Of a stretch of 26,458 nt of DNA, positions 9,611 to 18,525 are shown one piece after another. The stretch is from the IMG/VR virus record IMGVR_UViG_3300031511_000041, positions 1 to 26,458 of that record, one strand, 5' to 3'. Every line of letters begins with the position of its first letter. The first letter of the stretch is position 1. Both the position numbers and the translations under genes were made by a program. Under the pieces are notes generated by a model. It was not told the origin of the DNA, did no database searches, and saw only the letters and a list, made by a program, of their open reading frames with translations. The stretch comes from a virus (lineage: Duplodnaviria; Caudoviricetes).

Positions 9611-9640
9611 ATTGGGGGGAAGAAATTCCCCCCAATATTT
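9611..9640 (+). terminator. Stem-loop after the Ubl gene (terminator/attenuator or mRNA stabiliser)
   Basis: Perfect 11-bp stem ATTGGGGGGAA / TTCCCCCCAAT with a GAAA loop, followed by only a short ATTT tract. Confidence 0.7.
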
Positions 9641-9667
9641 CAAGTATGTTGAAAGGAGATTGTTTGT

Positions 9668-10579
9668 GTGTATAGAACTGTGACAGTAATTGGGTTAGGA
9701 ACCCTTGGCGGATTTTTATGTAAACATCTGTCAGAAGTTGAAAATGTCAAAGAGTTGATTGTTGTTGATTATGATATAGTTGAAAGCAGAAATGTATATA
9801 GATCTGTTTATAAACCCACTGATGTTGGGGATTACAAAGTTAATGCTTTAGCGAATCTTTTAGATGATTATGTTGCTGTCACCAAAATAAAAACTCGTTA
9901 CATTGAAGGAGAAACTAAACTACCAAAAAGTGACTTAGTAATAGATTGTAGAGATGTTGTTTGTGATAGACAAAATGAAATTGATGTAAGATTTTATATA
10001 TCTCATAAAACTCTTATTATAGATTGTAGAAAGAAAGTAGAAAATATTTGTAGTTATCAAGGAGGATATATTACTCAGCTTAATAAAAGCGAAATAAGTA
10101 AGGCTGCTTTCTTTGCAACACAAACTATTTTAAGCGGACATCTTAATAAATTAATGAAAAATAATATGATTCAAAAAATTGATTTAAATTTAATTTCATC
10201 TGTTATGGACAAAAATATACAAAGCAGTTTAGAAAATAAAATAGATATTATTTATGAAATGGCAGATAATTCAAAACGACTTCAGTGTATTGAAGAAAAT
10301 ATAAATCCAATTTTAAATTTAAATAAAAAACAAAATGTTGATGTATTTGTTGGAGGAAAATCTAATTATGAAATATTGACAAGGCGTCAATTTCCAGAAG
10401 TAGCTAAGACAAAATACCATTTGGTTCCTCAAAATTCATTACTAACATCTGGGGATGTAATTGGAAAATTAACATCGATTGTAAAACAACAGCCAGGTAT
10501 AACCAATTTTATAATTGCTGTAGTACATGAAAATGGTAAATCATATGTGGAGCTACTAGAAGAAACAGGAGCTGCATAA
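9668..10579 (+). CDS. Second, divergent ThiF/E1-like protein with uncharacterised C-terminal region
   Basis: VIGLGTLGG, VVDYDIVESRNVYRS, DVGDYKVNAL and DLVIDCRD cover the adenylation domain. GTG start with AAGGAG at 9653-9658. Confidence 0.82.
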   Translation: MYRTVTVIGLGTLGGFLCKHLSEVENVKELIVVDYDIVESRNVYRSVYKPTDVGDYKVNALANLLDDYVAVTKIKTRYIEGETKLPKSDLVIDCRDVVCDRQNEIDVRFYISHKTLIIDCRKKVENICSYQGGYITQLNKSEISKAAFFATQTILSGHLNKLMKNNMIQKIDLNLISSVMDKNIQSSLENKIDIIYEMADNSKRLQCIEENINPILNLNKKQNVDVFVGGKSNYEILTRRQFPEVAKTKYHLVPQNSLLTSGDVIGKLTSIVKQQPGITNFIIAVVHENGKSYVELLEETGAA

Positions 10580-11025
10580 TGAATTTTAACAAACCAACAC
10601 TTAAAATAAGTTATGGAAGTCAAACAAATGGTTATGATATTAGATATATATATGTTGACAAAATAATCCCAAATCGGATTATAAAGAATAAAAGATTGTA
10701 TAAAATTACTTATCTAGATGAATTTTATCATATTAATGCTGTTCATTTTTTAGTTAGCAAAAATACAATAAATGGAAAAGAGAACGTGATAAAAATAACA
10801 TTAGATGGCTTTCATCCAAATACACTTAGAAATACAGCAAATGAATATTGCTTACAAGATAAAGATAAAGGTTCACTATTTATAGAAACTTTCTTTGATA
10901 GAATGATTGCGAATATTCATAACTATTATCTTGATAGTTGTATTTTTGAACCGCCCACTGATATGTTACAATATGAAAGAATGAGATCAATGTATGTACA
11001 ACTAAATGGAGATGAATATGAATAA
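10579..11025 (+). CDS. Putative E2/UBC-like protein (HPN-x9-C)
   Basis: FHPNTLRNTANEYCL resembles the UBC active-site motif (H79-P80-N81, C91). The 148-aa size fits a UBC domain. Coupled to the second E1 by TAATG. Confidence 0.55.
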   Translation: MNFNKPTLKISYGSQTNGYDIRYIYVDKIIPNRIIKNKRLYKITYLDEFYHINAVHFLVSKNTINGKENVIKITLDGFHPNTLRNTANEYCLQDKDKGSLFIETFFDRMIANIHNYYLDSCIFEPPTDMLQYERMRSMYVQLNGDEYE

Positions 11026-11230
11026 ACCATCGGAGCTTGAATTGTATCTATTAAAAATAGTAAGGTCTGAAGTAGAAAAATTAGGACTTGAATTAAAGGA
11101 GCGTGAAGCTAAACAAATAGTAAATGCTATCATGCCACAATTAGATACTCTAGTATCAAAACGAGTAAAACAACATTTTATAGAGTTAGCTGACTTTATA
11201 AAAGTAAAATTTAAAGATGGAGGAGATTAA
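11018..11230 (+). CDS. Small helical hypothetical protein
   Basis: ATG 11018 preferred over 11006 because GGAG lies at 11008-11011. The ORF fills the gap before rpoC. Confidence 0.7.
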   Translation: MNKPSELELYLLKIVRSEVEKLGLELKEREAKQIVNAIMPQLDTLVSKRVKQHFIELADFIKVKFKDGGD

Positions 11231-11236
11231 AAATAT

Positions 11237-13885
11237 ATGCCAGGATTGCTTAATTATGATGAATATTGTAAAGACCTAGAGGAAGTGACCTCTCTAAAAG
11301 TATTTGATAAAAAGAAATTTCATCCACAAGGATTATTCTCTGAGCAGATCTTCGGACCAGTTAAGAATTATACTTGTCAATGTGGAACATATTATGGAAT
11401 ATCAAAATCTGGAGGAGCATGTAGTACATGTGGAGTTGATATTGTGAATAGTGATGAACGAAGAAAAAGATTCGCAAAGATAGCTCTACCCCTTCCAGTA
11501 GTTAATCCATTATTTTATGATCTACTTTGCGAAGTTGGTGGTAAAACTTTAAAAAGTGCTATAGATCAAATAATGAGAAATGAGAAAAGTTATATGTTTA
11601 TGGATGGAGTCGATCATGTTATTAGGACAGATGGCGAAATGCCTACTGGCGTTAAAGTTTATGAAAAAACTGATGCAATTCTAAAGTTGATTACAGACAT
11701 TGCAACAGAAAATAAAGACTCTGTAGAATGGGGGCATATCTATAAAAACTTGAATAGTTTAATTTTAACACACATAATAGTTTTGCCACCTGAACTACGA
11801 CCATCTTCATCTTCAGGTGGAAAGCATTTAATGGATAAAATTAATAGATTTTATGTCCAGATCTTAACAAAAAAAGATATAATGAAAGATACAATTCTTA
11901 ATATTGTTAAAGATAAAAAAATATATTACACTTATTTTAAACAGTTACAAAAAGACGTAAATGAACTATATCACGAAATACTAAAGAAGATGGCGAAAAA
12001 AGAAGGATTGATAAGGGGAAACATTTTAGGAAAAAGAATTGATTTCTCAGGCAGAGCTGTTATCATACCTGATCCGACATTAAAACTTAATGAATGTGTT
12101 TTGCCTTATGCAATGATTTTAGAAATTTATAAACTTCCAATTGCAAAACGAATTATTGAAACAGGAAAATTTAAACTCTTAAATAAAGCAATTGATTTTG
12201 TTGATCGTTGTATTGAATTTAATTCTCCTGTATTGTTTAACATATGTGAAGAAGTAACTAAAGATGAAGTTTGTATGTTAAACAGACAACCAACTCTACA
12301 TAAACTTGGTATGTTATCATTCAATATAAAAATATCATTAGATAAAGTTATAAAGATTCATCCGCTAGTTTGTGCTCCATTTAATGCTGATTTTGATGGA
12401 GATCAAATGGCTGTTTATGTTCCAGTATCACCAGAAGCAAAAGCAGAAGCGAAATTTAAGATGTCTATTGAAAACAATCTTCATAGTCCAGCAAATGAAA
12501 ATTTAACAACTACACCAAATCAAGATATTGTTTTAGGAATATATTACTTAACTTCAGGAATGTTTGAAGGCGAAGATGGTTTTAAAATATTTAATGAGTG
12601 CTTGCCATCTGATCACGAAGAAATTACAGACGTAGTTGATAAAAGAAAATTAATGGAAATCTTAAATAACATTAAAGATACATATCCAAGTAATGTAACA
12701 GTTGAAGTATTAGATAATATTAAACGAATAGGATTTAAATATGCAACGCTTTATGGTTCTACTCTTTCTCTTGATGACTTCTATATTGAAGACGCTATTG
12801 AATTTAAACAACAGTTATTTCAAGGGAAAATTAAAGATCAATTAGTTGCTCTGTCAGATCCAAAAGTTGATAATTTTTTAAAAGAGCGTTTTAAATACTC
12901 TTATATGATTGAATCTGGAGCACGAGGTAGTTGGGATCAAGCAAAACAGATGTTATTAACTAGAGGATTTATTTCAAATTTTGATGGTGAAATTTTACCA
13001 GAACCGATTAAACATAGTTTAACAGAAGGCTTAAATGAAGAAGAATTTTTCTATTCAACTTACGGTTGTAGAAAAGGTCTTCTTGATGTTGCTTTAAATA
13101 CAGGTACTAGTGGATATCTTTCAAGAAAATTAATTTTCACTTGCGCTAATCTTCAAATTGATGATTGTCTTGAAGATTGTGGGACAACTGACTTTTTGCA
13201 AGTTAATGTTGGTAGTGAAAGAAAAGCAAGAATGTTAATCAATAGATATTATTTAAATGATGGCAAATTAGATTTGATTACAAGAGATAATTATATGTCA
13301 TTAATTGATAAGACTATTGAAATACGAAGTCCCATACTATGCAAATCTCCAACTATATGTCACACATGCTATGGAGAACTTTACAAGAGATTAAATAGTC
13401 GTTTCATTGGAATACTTGCTGCGCAGACATTAGGTGAGCGTGGAACACAATTAGTTTTAAGAACATTCCATACTTCTGGTTCTGCTAAAATTCATGGAGA
13501 ACAAAGTGATTATGGAATGAGGCAACAAGATATTATTGGCGATTTAGCTAGTGTATCAAAAATGCTTCATAAATTTGAAGGAAAAACTTATACTGAAATA
13601 GTAAAAGAGTTATTTGCAGTTTATGATAAAGACATTTATCACGTTCATTTTGAAGCAGTTGTTGCTCAGTTAATGTGGTCTCAATCTACAAAATGGAGAT
13701 TGCTTGATGATAGAGATAAAATCAAACCAACTTTCTATAGTATTCAAAGTGTTCCAAATAAAGAATCTTGGATTTTAGCTATGGCATTTTCAAATCCAAA
13801 GAGAAGCATTTTGCAGGGTATCTTATATAAAGGTAGATATTCTGGTATAATGGATAAAATTTTAAAAGGAGAACGGATTTCGTGA
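11237..13885 (+). CDS. rpoC: DNA-directed RNA polymerase beta-prime-like subunit (phage-encoded, compact)
   Basis: GLFSEQIFGP, zinc finger CQC...CSTC, LGKRIDFSGR, NRQPTLH, catalytic NADFDGD, bridge helix RKGLLDVALNTGTSGYLSRKL, trigger loop GERGTQLVLRTFH. SD GGAGGAG. Confidence 0.97.
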   Translation: MPGLLNYDEYCKDLEEVTSLKVFDKKKFHPQGLFSEQIFGPVKNYTCQCGTYYGISKSGGACSTCGVDIVNSDERRKRFAKIALPLPVVNPLFYDLLCEVGGKTLKSAIDQIMRNEKSYMFMDGVDHVIRTDGEMPTGVKVYEKTDAILKLITDIATENKDSVEWGHIYKNLNSLILTHIIVLPPELRPSSSSGGKHLMDKINRFYVQILTKKDIMKDTILNIVKDKKIYYTYFKQLQKDVNELYHEILKKMAKKEGLIRGNILGKRIDFSGRAVIIPDPTLKLNECVLPYAMILEIYKLPIAKRIIETGKFKLLNKAIDFVDRCIEFNSPVLFNICEEVTKDEVCMLNRQPTLHKLGMLSFNIKISLDKVIKIHPLVCAPFNADFDGDQMAVYVPVSPEAKAEAKFKMSIENNLHSPANENLTTTPNQDIVLGIYYLTSGMFEGEDGFKIFNECLPSDHEEITDVVDKRKLMEILNNIKDTYPSNVTVEVLDNIKRIGFKYATLYGSTLSLDDFYIEDAIEFKQQLFQGKIKDQLVALSDPKVDNFLKERFKYSYMIESGARGSWDQAKQMLLTRGFISNFDGEILPEPIKHSLTEGLNEEEFFYSTYGCRKGLLDVALNTGTSGYLSRKLIFTCANLQIDDCLEDCGTTDFLQVNVGSERKARMLINRYYLNDGKLDLITRDNYMSLIDKTIEIRSPILCKSPTICHTCYGELYKRLNSRFIGILAAQTLGERGTQLVLRTFHTSGSAKIHGEQSDYGMRQQDIIGDLASVSKMLHKFEGKTYTEIVKELFAVYDKDIYHVHFEAVVAQLMWSQSTKWRLLDDRDKIKPTFYSIQSVPNKESWILAMAFSNPKRSILQGILYKGRYSGIMDKILKGERIS

Positions 13886-14097
13886 CAGTAGAAGATATAA
13901 AGAACGATTTATTAAAGAGATTTCTTGAAGATAGGTTAGATAATTTTTCGTTAAGTAAACCAACATATCGTTTGGATAATCAAGAAACTTATATAGAATA
14001 TTTTCCAGAAGATGCTGAAATAATTGATGATATCTCAAGCTTCAGAATTGCTGAAGATGTTACTGGAAGCATTATATGGGAGGCAAAGAGAGAATGA
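13882..14097 (+). CDS. Small acidic hypothetical protein
   Basis: GTGA overlap with the rpoC stop, an AGGAG SD upstream, and an ATGA overlap with the next gene. Confidence 0.6.
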   Translation: MTVEDIKNDLLKRFLEDRLDNFSLSKPTYRLDNQETYIEYFPEDAEIIDDISSFRIAEDVTGSIIWEAKRE

Positions 14098-14276
14098 GAG
14101 ATCCAGCAAGAATTGAACCAATTCTAAAAAACATAAGAGAGATTTGGACTAAAAATCCAGATCTTAGATTAACGCAACTTATAATGAATGCTTTAGCTAT
14201 AAATTATGATCCATATTTTATTGAAGATGATGATTTGCAACAAGCATTGGAAGATTATAAAAAACAATTTAAATAG
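14094..14276 (+). CDS. YihD/DUF1040-like small protein
   Basis: MRDPARIEPIL...IWTKNPDLRLTQL matches the MRDPxRI...W...PDLRLxQL pattern common in phages. Start moved to ATG 14094 (ATGA overlap). Confidence 0.7.
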   Translation: MRDPARIEPILKNIREIWTKNPDLRLTQLIMNALAINYDPYFIEDDDLQQALEDYKKQFK

Positions 14277-14287
14277 GGAGGACGCCT

Positions 14288-17287
14288 TTGAACATAATAA
14301 ATCCAAATTTTAAACTTCAAGATGCGAATAACATCTTTAACTTAAGAAAAGCAGAATACGAACAGATAATACCTATTGCAAGGCAAATTCTTGAACCAGT
14401 TAGAGAATTAGGTTTTGAAATTATTGAACTGGAATTGCGAGATTCAAGATTTTCATCTGGCGAATTATCAAAAACAATAAAACAATCTTTAGTAATAAAG
14501 ATTCAGAAGAATACGTCAGTAATAGATTTAAGCATGTTTATTCCAAAGCTGTTAGACAATAATTATATGGTTATCAACAAACGAAAAAAGATACCGCTAT
14601 TTCAATTGTTTGATATCCCAATAGTTACTAGAGGAAACTCAATTAAATTACGAACCAACGTAGCAACTCTAATGGTTGTTAAACAAAAAGAATCTCCTTA
14701 TATTTACGTTAGTTTTCTAGGAAAAAAATTACCATTATCATTACTAATGATGGCATACTATGGGCCAGATAATCTTACTGATCGTTATGATTTATTAAAT
14801 TATAAAGCTCCTATAAATCCATCACTTTTTGAGTATCTAATAACAGATCTTTCTGAAATGCTTAGCGAGTCAAAAGGATATACTCAAGATGATTTTATTC
14901 ATGAAGTTGGAAGAGTATATTCAAAATTTAATGCAAAATCAAAAGGTCTTGATATAATGTATGCTCTTGATTTAATTGCAAAAGTAGATGTTATGACTGC
15001 AAGATTTTTGCAAACTAATTGTATAATGGAAGAATTACTATTAGCTATTAATGATGAGGTCTATGATGATACATTATTTACAAATAAACGAGTGAGATGT
15101 TTTGAATATTTATTATTTTCAAAACTATCTAAGATTGTTTTTGACTTATGTTTTTCAAACAGAACAACAAAACAACCAAAGTTTAATATTAACTCAACTC
15201 AGTTACTTTCCGAATGTAATGTATCAGACATAGTTCAGTTTGATTTTTCAATTAATCCTCTTGAAGAGCTTACAAAATTATCAAGGATTAGTCTTCTAGG
15301 TCCAGGTGGTTTTAAGAGAGAAAATATTCCAAAACATTTAAGAGATATTTGCCCAACAATGTTTGGACGAGTATGTCCTGTTGATACTCCAGATAGAGAT
15401 AATTGTGGAGTTTTACAAAATTTAATTCCAAATACTATTTTGGATGAAAATATGAAATTTGATAGTAAGTATCTTTCTAAACAACCAATTTCAATTCCTG
15501 TTTCTATGGTTCCATTTTTAGAACATGATGACCAAACAAGACTTCAAATGGCTTCGTCACAAATGCGGCAAGCAATTCTTTTAAAGAACTTTGATGAACC
15601 CATGATTAAATCTGGATGTGAACATTTATATACTGATCAAACTCAGTTTATAAAACGAGCAAAGAAAAATGGTGAAGTAGTTCATATAGATAATAAATAT
15701 ATAATTGTTATATATGACGATAGCCAAGCAGATATCTTTGATATTGGATATCGAAAAATCTATGTTGAGCATATGGACTTTATGAATATATATGTTAAGC
15801 CAGGAGATAAGTTTAAAGCTGGAGATATTCTTGCTGAAAGTAATTTTTGTAAAAATGGAAGTATTAATATAGGCAAAAATTTACTAACTGGCGTTATGGT
15901 TCATTATGGTAATAATTATGAAGATGGTATTGTTATATCTGATCGTTTAGTTGATGAAGATCTAATGACATCAATTCATTTTAAAGATCTATCATTTACA
16001 TTACCCCCAAATAAAGTTCTGTTATCATTAAGTGACAAAGAATATAAACCATTACCAAATGATTTTGAAACTATTACCACTGGACAACCCTATGCAAGAA
16101 TTAAAAGTTTATCTTCTGAAGATCTGTATTCAGTTTTTGGTGAAGAAGTAAAATTAGAAGCTGAGAGAAGTTTTATTATTTCAGAAGTAAAATTATATGC
16201 AAACTCTTGGAATGATGAAGTTCCAGAATATAGTAGCTGGGTTGAATCGCAAGTTAAAAAACAGCAAGATCAGGAAAAATTTCTTGCAAAAATATTACGA
16301 GATAAACTTTCAAAAGACGAAGCAAATAAGTTTATCAAAGAACGAAATCTTGATTTGTTTTCTCATGTGGGAAAATATAAAGAAAAGAAAGAAAAAATAA
16401 ATGGTATTCTTATCAAAATGATAGGTGTTCATTTTAGAAAAATTAAATGTGGAGATAAGATTGCCAATCGCCATGGTAACAAGGGAGTTATAAGCAGGAT
16501 TGTTCCACATGAAAAAATGCCGCAACTTGAAGATGGAAGGCATTTAGATATATGTATAAATCCTTTAGGTAGTATATCAAGGATGAATATAGGTCAGTTA
16601 TTTGAATTACAATTATCAGCATCACTTGGAGATCTAAAAAAGAATTTAAGTAGTATGATAGATGAATCAGCCGAACAAGAACTAATAAGAGAATATCTTA
16701 TTGATTTTATTAAGTTAATTGATAAAACAAATGGACAATGGTATAGTAATCAGTTTGTGGAACAATTACCTGAAAAAATTACAAAAGAATTTATTGATAG
16801 TTTAACATTAATTCAAGCTCCATTTGATTCTTGTAACTTGAAAGATTTACACAATGCTTTAACTTATACTGGAACACAATTTAAGCAAAAAGTTTATGAT
16901 CCACTTTCTAAAGTAAATTTGTTAAATCCGATAGCAGTTGGTTATATTTACTTCTTTAGAATGGTACATATTGCTGAAGAGAAATTAGCAGCACGAGGCA
17001 TTGGAACATATGCAAAAAGAACATTGCAACCACTCGGAGGCCGAAAAAATAAAGGTGGTCAACGATGCGGTGAAATGGAAACTGCTTGCTTAATTGGACA
17101 TGATGCTCCAGTAAATCTTTTAGAGTTCTTAACAACAAAATCTGATTGTATTGATCTAAAAAATAATTACATACGAAGTTATATAGATCCAAATAGTATA
17201 GATGAAACCAAAGAATTAAGCACAAAACCAGAATCAGTAAAATTACTTGATTCATATCTCACAGTAATTGGTGTAGATCAAAAATGA
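14288..17287 (+). CDS. rpoB: DNA-directed RNA polymerase beta-like subunit (phage-encoded)
   Basis: SRISLLGPGG, GRVCPVDTPD, PFLEHDDQTRLQMASSQMRQA, GNNYEDGIVIS, GDKIANRHGNKGVIS, NPLGSISRMNIGQ, GGQRCGEME. TTG start with GGGAGG SD. Confidence 0.97.
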   Translation: MNIINPNFKLQDANNIFNLRKAEYEQIIPIARQILEPVRELGFEIIELELRDSRFSSGELSKTIKQSLVIKIQKNTSVIDLSMFIPKLLDNNYMVINKRKKIPLFQLFDIPIVTRGNSIKLRTNVATLMVVKQKESPYIYVSFLGKKLPLSLLMMAYYGPDNLTDRYDLLNYKAPINPSLFEYLITDLSEMLSESKGYTQDDFIHEVGRVYSKFNAKSKGLDIMYALDLIAKVDVMTARFLQTNCIMEELLLAINDEVYDDTLFTNKRVRCFEYLLFSKLSKIVFDLCFSNRTTKQPKFNINSTQLLSECNVSDIVQFDFSINPLEELTKLSRISLLGPGGFKRENIPKHLRDICPTMFGRVCPVDTPDRDNCGVLQNLIPNTILDENMKFDSKYLSKQPISIPVSMVPFLEHDDQTRLQMASSQMRQAILLKNFDEPMIKSGCEHLYTDQTQFIKRAKKNGEVVHIDNKYIIVIYDDSQADIFDIGYRKIYVEHMDFMNIYVKPGDKFKAGDILAESNFCKNGSINIGKNLLTGVMVHYGNNYEDGIVISDRLVDEDLMTSIHFKDLSFTLPPNKVLLSLSDKEYKPLPNDFETITTGQPYARIKSLSSEDLYSVFGEEVKLEAERSFIISEVKLYANSWNDEVPEYSSWVESQVKKQQDQEKFLAKILRDKLSKDEANKFIKERNLDLFSHVGKYKEKKEKINGILIKMIGVHFRKIKCGDKIANRHGNKGVISRIVPHEKMPQLEDGRHLDICINPLGSISRMNIGQLFELQLSASLGDLKKNLSSMIDESAEQELIREYLIDFIKLIDKTNGQWYSNQFVEQLPEKITKEFIDSLTLIQAPFDSCNLKDLHNALTYTGTQFKQKVYDPLSKVNLLNPIAVGYIYFFRMVHIAEEKLAARGIGTYAKRTLQPLGGRKNKGGQRCGEMETACLIGHDAPVNLLEFLTTKSDCIDLKNNYIRSYIDPNSIDETKELSTKPESVKLLDSYLTVIGVDQK

Positions 17288-17430
17288 GCGGCTGTCTATA
17301 TAAATGGTATGTTTGGACTTCTTCGACTGATTCTTCTTATATATCTAAAGAAAAAGAAAAAGAAGATCCAGACATACCAGAAGCAAATTTAGATCCAGTA
17401 ATGTTTGATCCGGAGAATTTAGTATGCTAG
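17284..17430 (+). CDS. 48-aa acidic small protein not in the ORF track (MSGCLYKWYVW...PVMFDPENLVC)
   Basis: Translated by hand. ATG 17284 overlaps the rpoB TGA, and TAG 17428-17430 overlaps the next start. It exactly fills an otherwise empty gap. Confidence 0.55.
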   Translation: MSGCLYKWYVWTSSTDSSYISKEKEKEDPDIPEANLDPVMFDPENLVC

Positions 17431-17687
17431 AAACACGTCATTGCCCAGAATGTGGGGCGGAAATTATATTTGATTATGAAACTCCAACTAAATCATATAG
17501 AATTACAGATGGAGAAATATGCAGAGATGACAATAATTTGTCAGATAATCCAGAGTTAAATCCATATTGTTCTAACGATAAAACACATAAGATCGAACCA
17601 GAAGATATTAAAGAATCCCAAGAATTTTGGAGTTGGTCTAATGGAGTATATATGGATTTTATTGATAGAGGTATATATGACCAATAA
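17424..17687 (+). CDS. Small zinc-ribbon-like protein
   Basis: CPECG near the N-terminus and C-x5-H (CSNDKTH) later. GGAG SD at 17412-17415. Confidence 0.65.
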   Translation: MLETRHCPECGAEIIFDYETPTKSYRITDGEICRDDNNLSDNPELNPYCSNDKTHKIEPEDIKESQEFWSWSNGVYMDFIDRGIYDQ

Positions 17688-18525
17688 AACTTGTTTACCA
17701 GATATTCAATGTTCAGAACCAAACATTAATATTCCAATACAGCAAGTAGGTGTTGAGAATATTGAGGTTCCTTTTAAATTAGAATTTAGAAGTGGCGGAT
17801 TTTGTCAGCTAAATGCTAATGTGTCAATTAGAACCAATTTGGACAAAGATACAAAAGGCATATCAATGTCCAGATTGCTTCTAACATTAAAACCATATTT
17901 AGATTTGCCTTTAAAGCATGTTCTAATTAAACAAATACTTGAAGATTTGCGAAATAATATTGGAAGTACAGCTAGTTACATGAAGTTTGATTTTAGAATG
18001 CCATTAATTAAACAGTCAATTACGTCAGACAATAAATTTCCAATCTATTATAAATGTAGGTTTGAAGGACAATTAGAAGATAATAATTTCAGATTTTTTC
18101 AAGGAGTTATTATTCAATACGCATCATATTGTCCATGTTCAGCTGAACTTTGTAAACATTTAGAAGATAATAAGTCAAAAGGATATCCGCATAATCAAAG
18201 ATCGTTTGCAGATATCCTTATAGAAGTTCAGCCACCATTGTATGTTTGGCTTGAAGATATTATTGAAACAGTTGAAACAAAGATTAAAACCTTGCCATAT
18301 CCTGTAATAAAAAGAGTTGATGAACAAGAAATTGCTAGAGTAGCAGCAGAAAATCCTATGTTTGTTGAAGATTCAATTCGTTTAATTTCAGTTGCTTTAA
18401 ATGAAATGAATTTATATGATTGGATTGTAAAATGCAAACATGAAGAATCTATTCACACTTCTGAAGCAATAGCTATTAATTGGAAAGGTATAGCGGGAGG
18501 TTTTAGTGGGAGGAGATTTGTGTGA
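17677..18525 (+). CDS. folE2: GTP cyclohydrolase I, type IB (FolE2/MptA family)
   Basis: LPDIQ, IQQVGV, KGISMSR, CPCS, PHNQRS, KRVDE, NPMFVEDSIR, EESIH. Start moved to ATG 17677 (GAGGT SD). Confidence 0.93.
   Translation: MTNKTCLPDIQCSEPNINIPIQQVGVENIEVPFKLEFRSGGFCQLNANVSIRTNLDKDTKGISMSRLLLTLKPYLDLPLKHVLIKQILEDLRNNIGSTASYMKFDFRMPLIKQSITSDNKFPIYYKCRFEGQLEDNNFRFFQGVIIQYASYCPCSAELCKHLEDNKSKGYPHNQRSFADILIEVQPPLYVWLEDIIETVETKIKTLPYPVIKRVDEQEIARVAAENPMFVEDSIRLISVALNEMNLYDWIVKCKHEESIHTSEAIAINWKGIAGGFSGRRFV

Noticed and set aside
11237-17287. Interpretation as a bacterial rpoBC locus
   Set aside because: The order is reversed, the subunits are short and divergent, no ribosomal protein genes flank them, and a terminase lies nearby.
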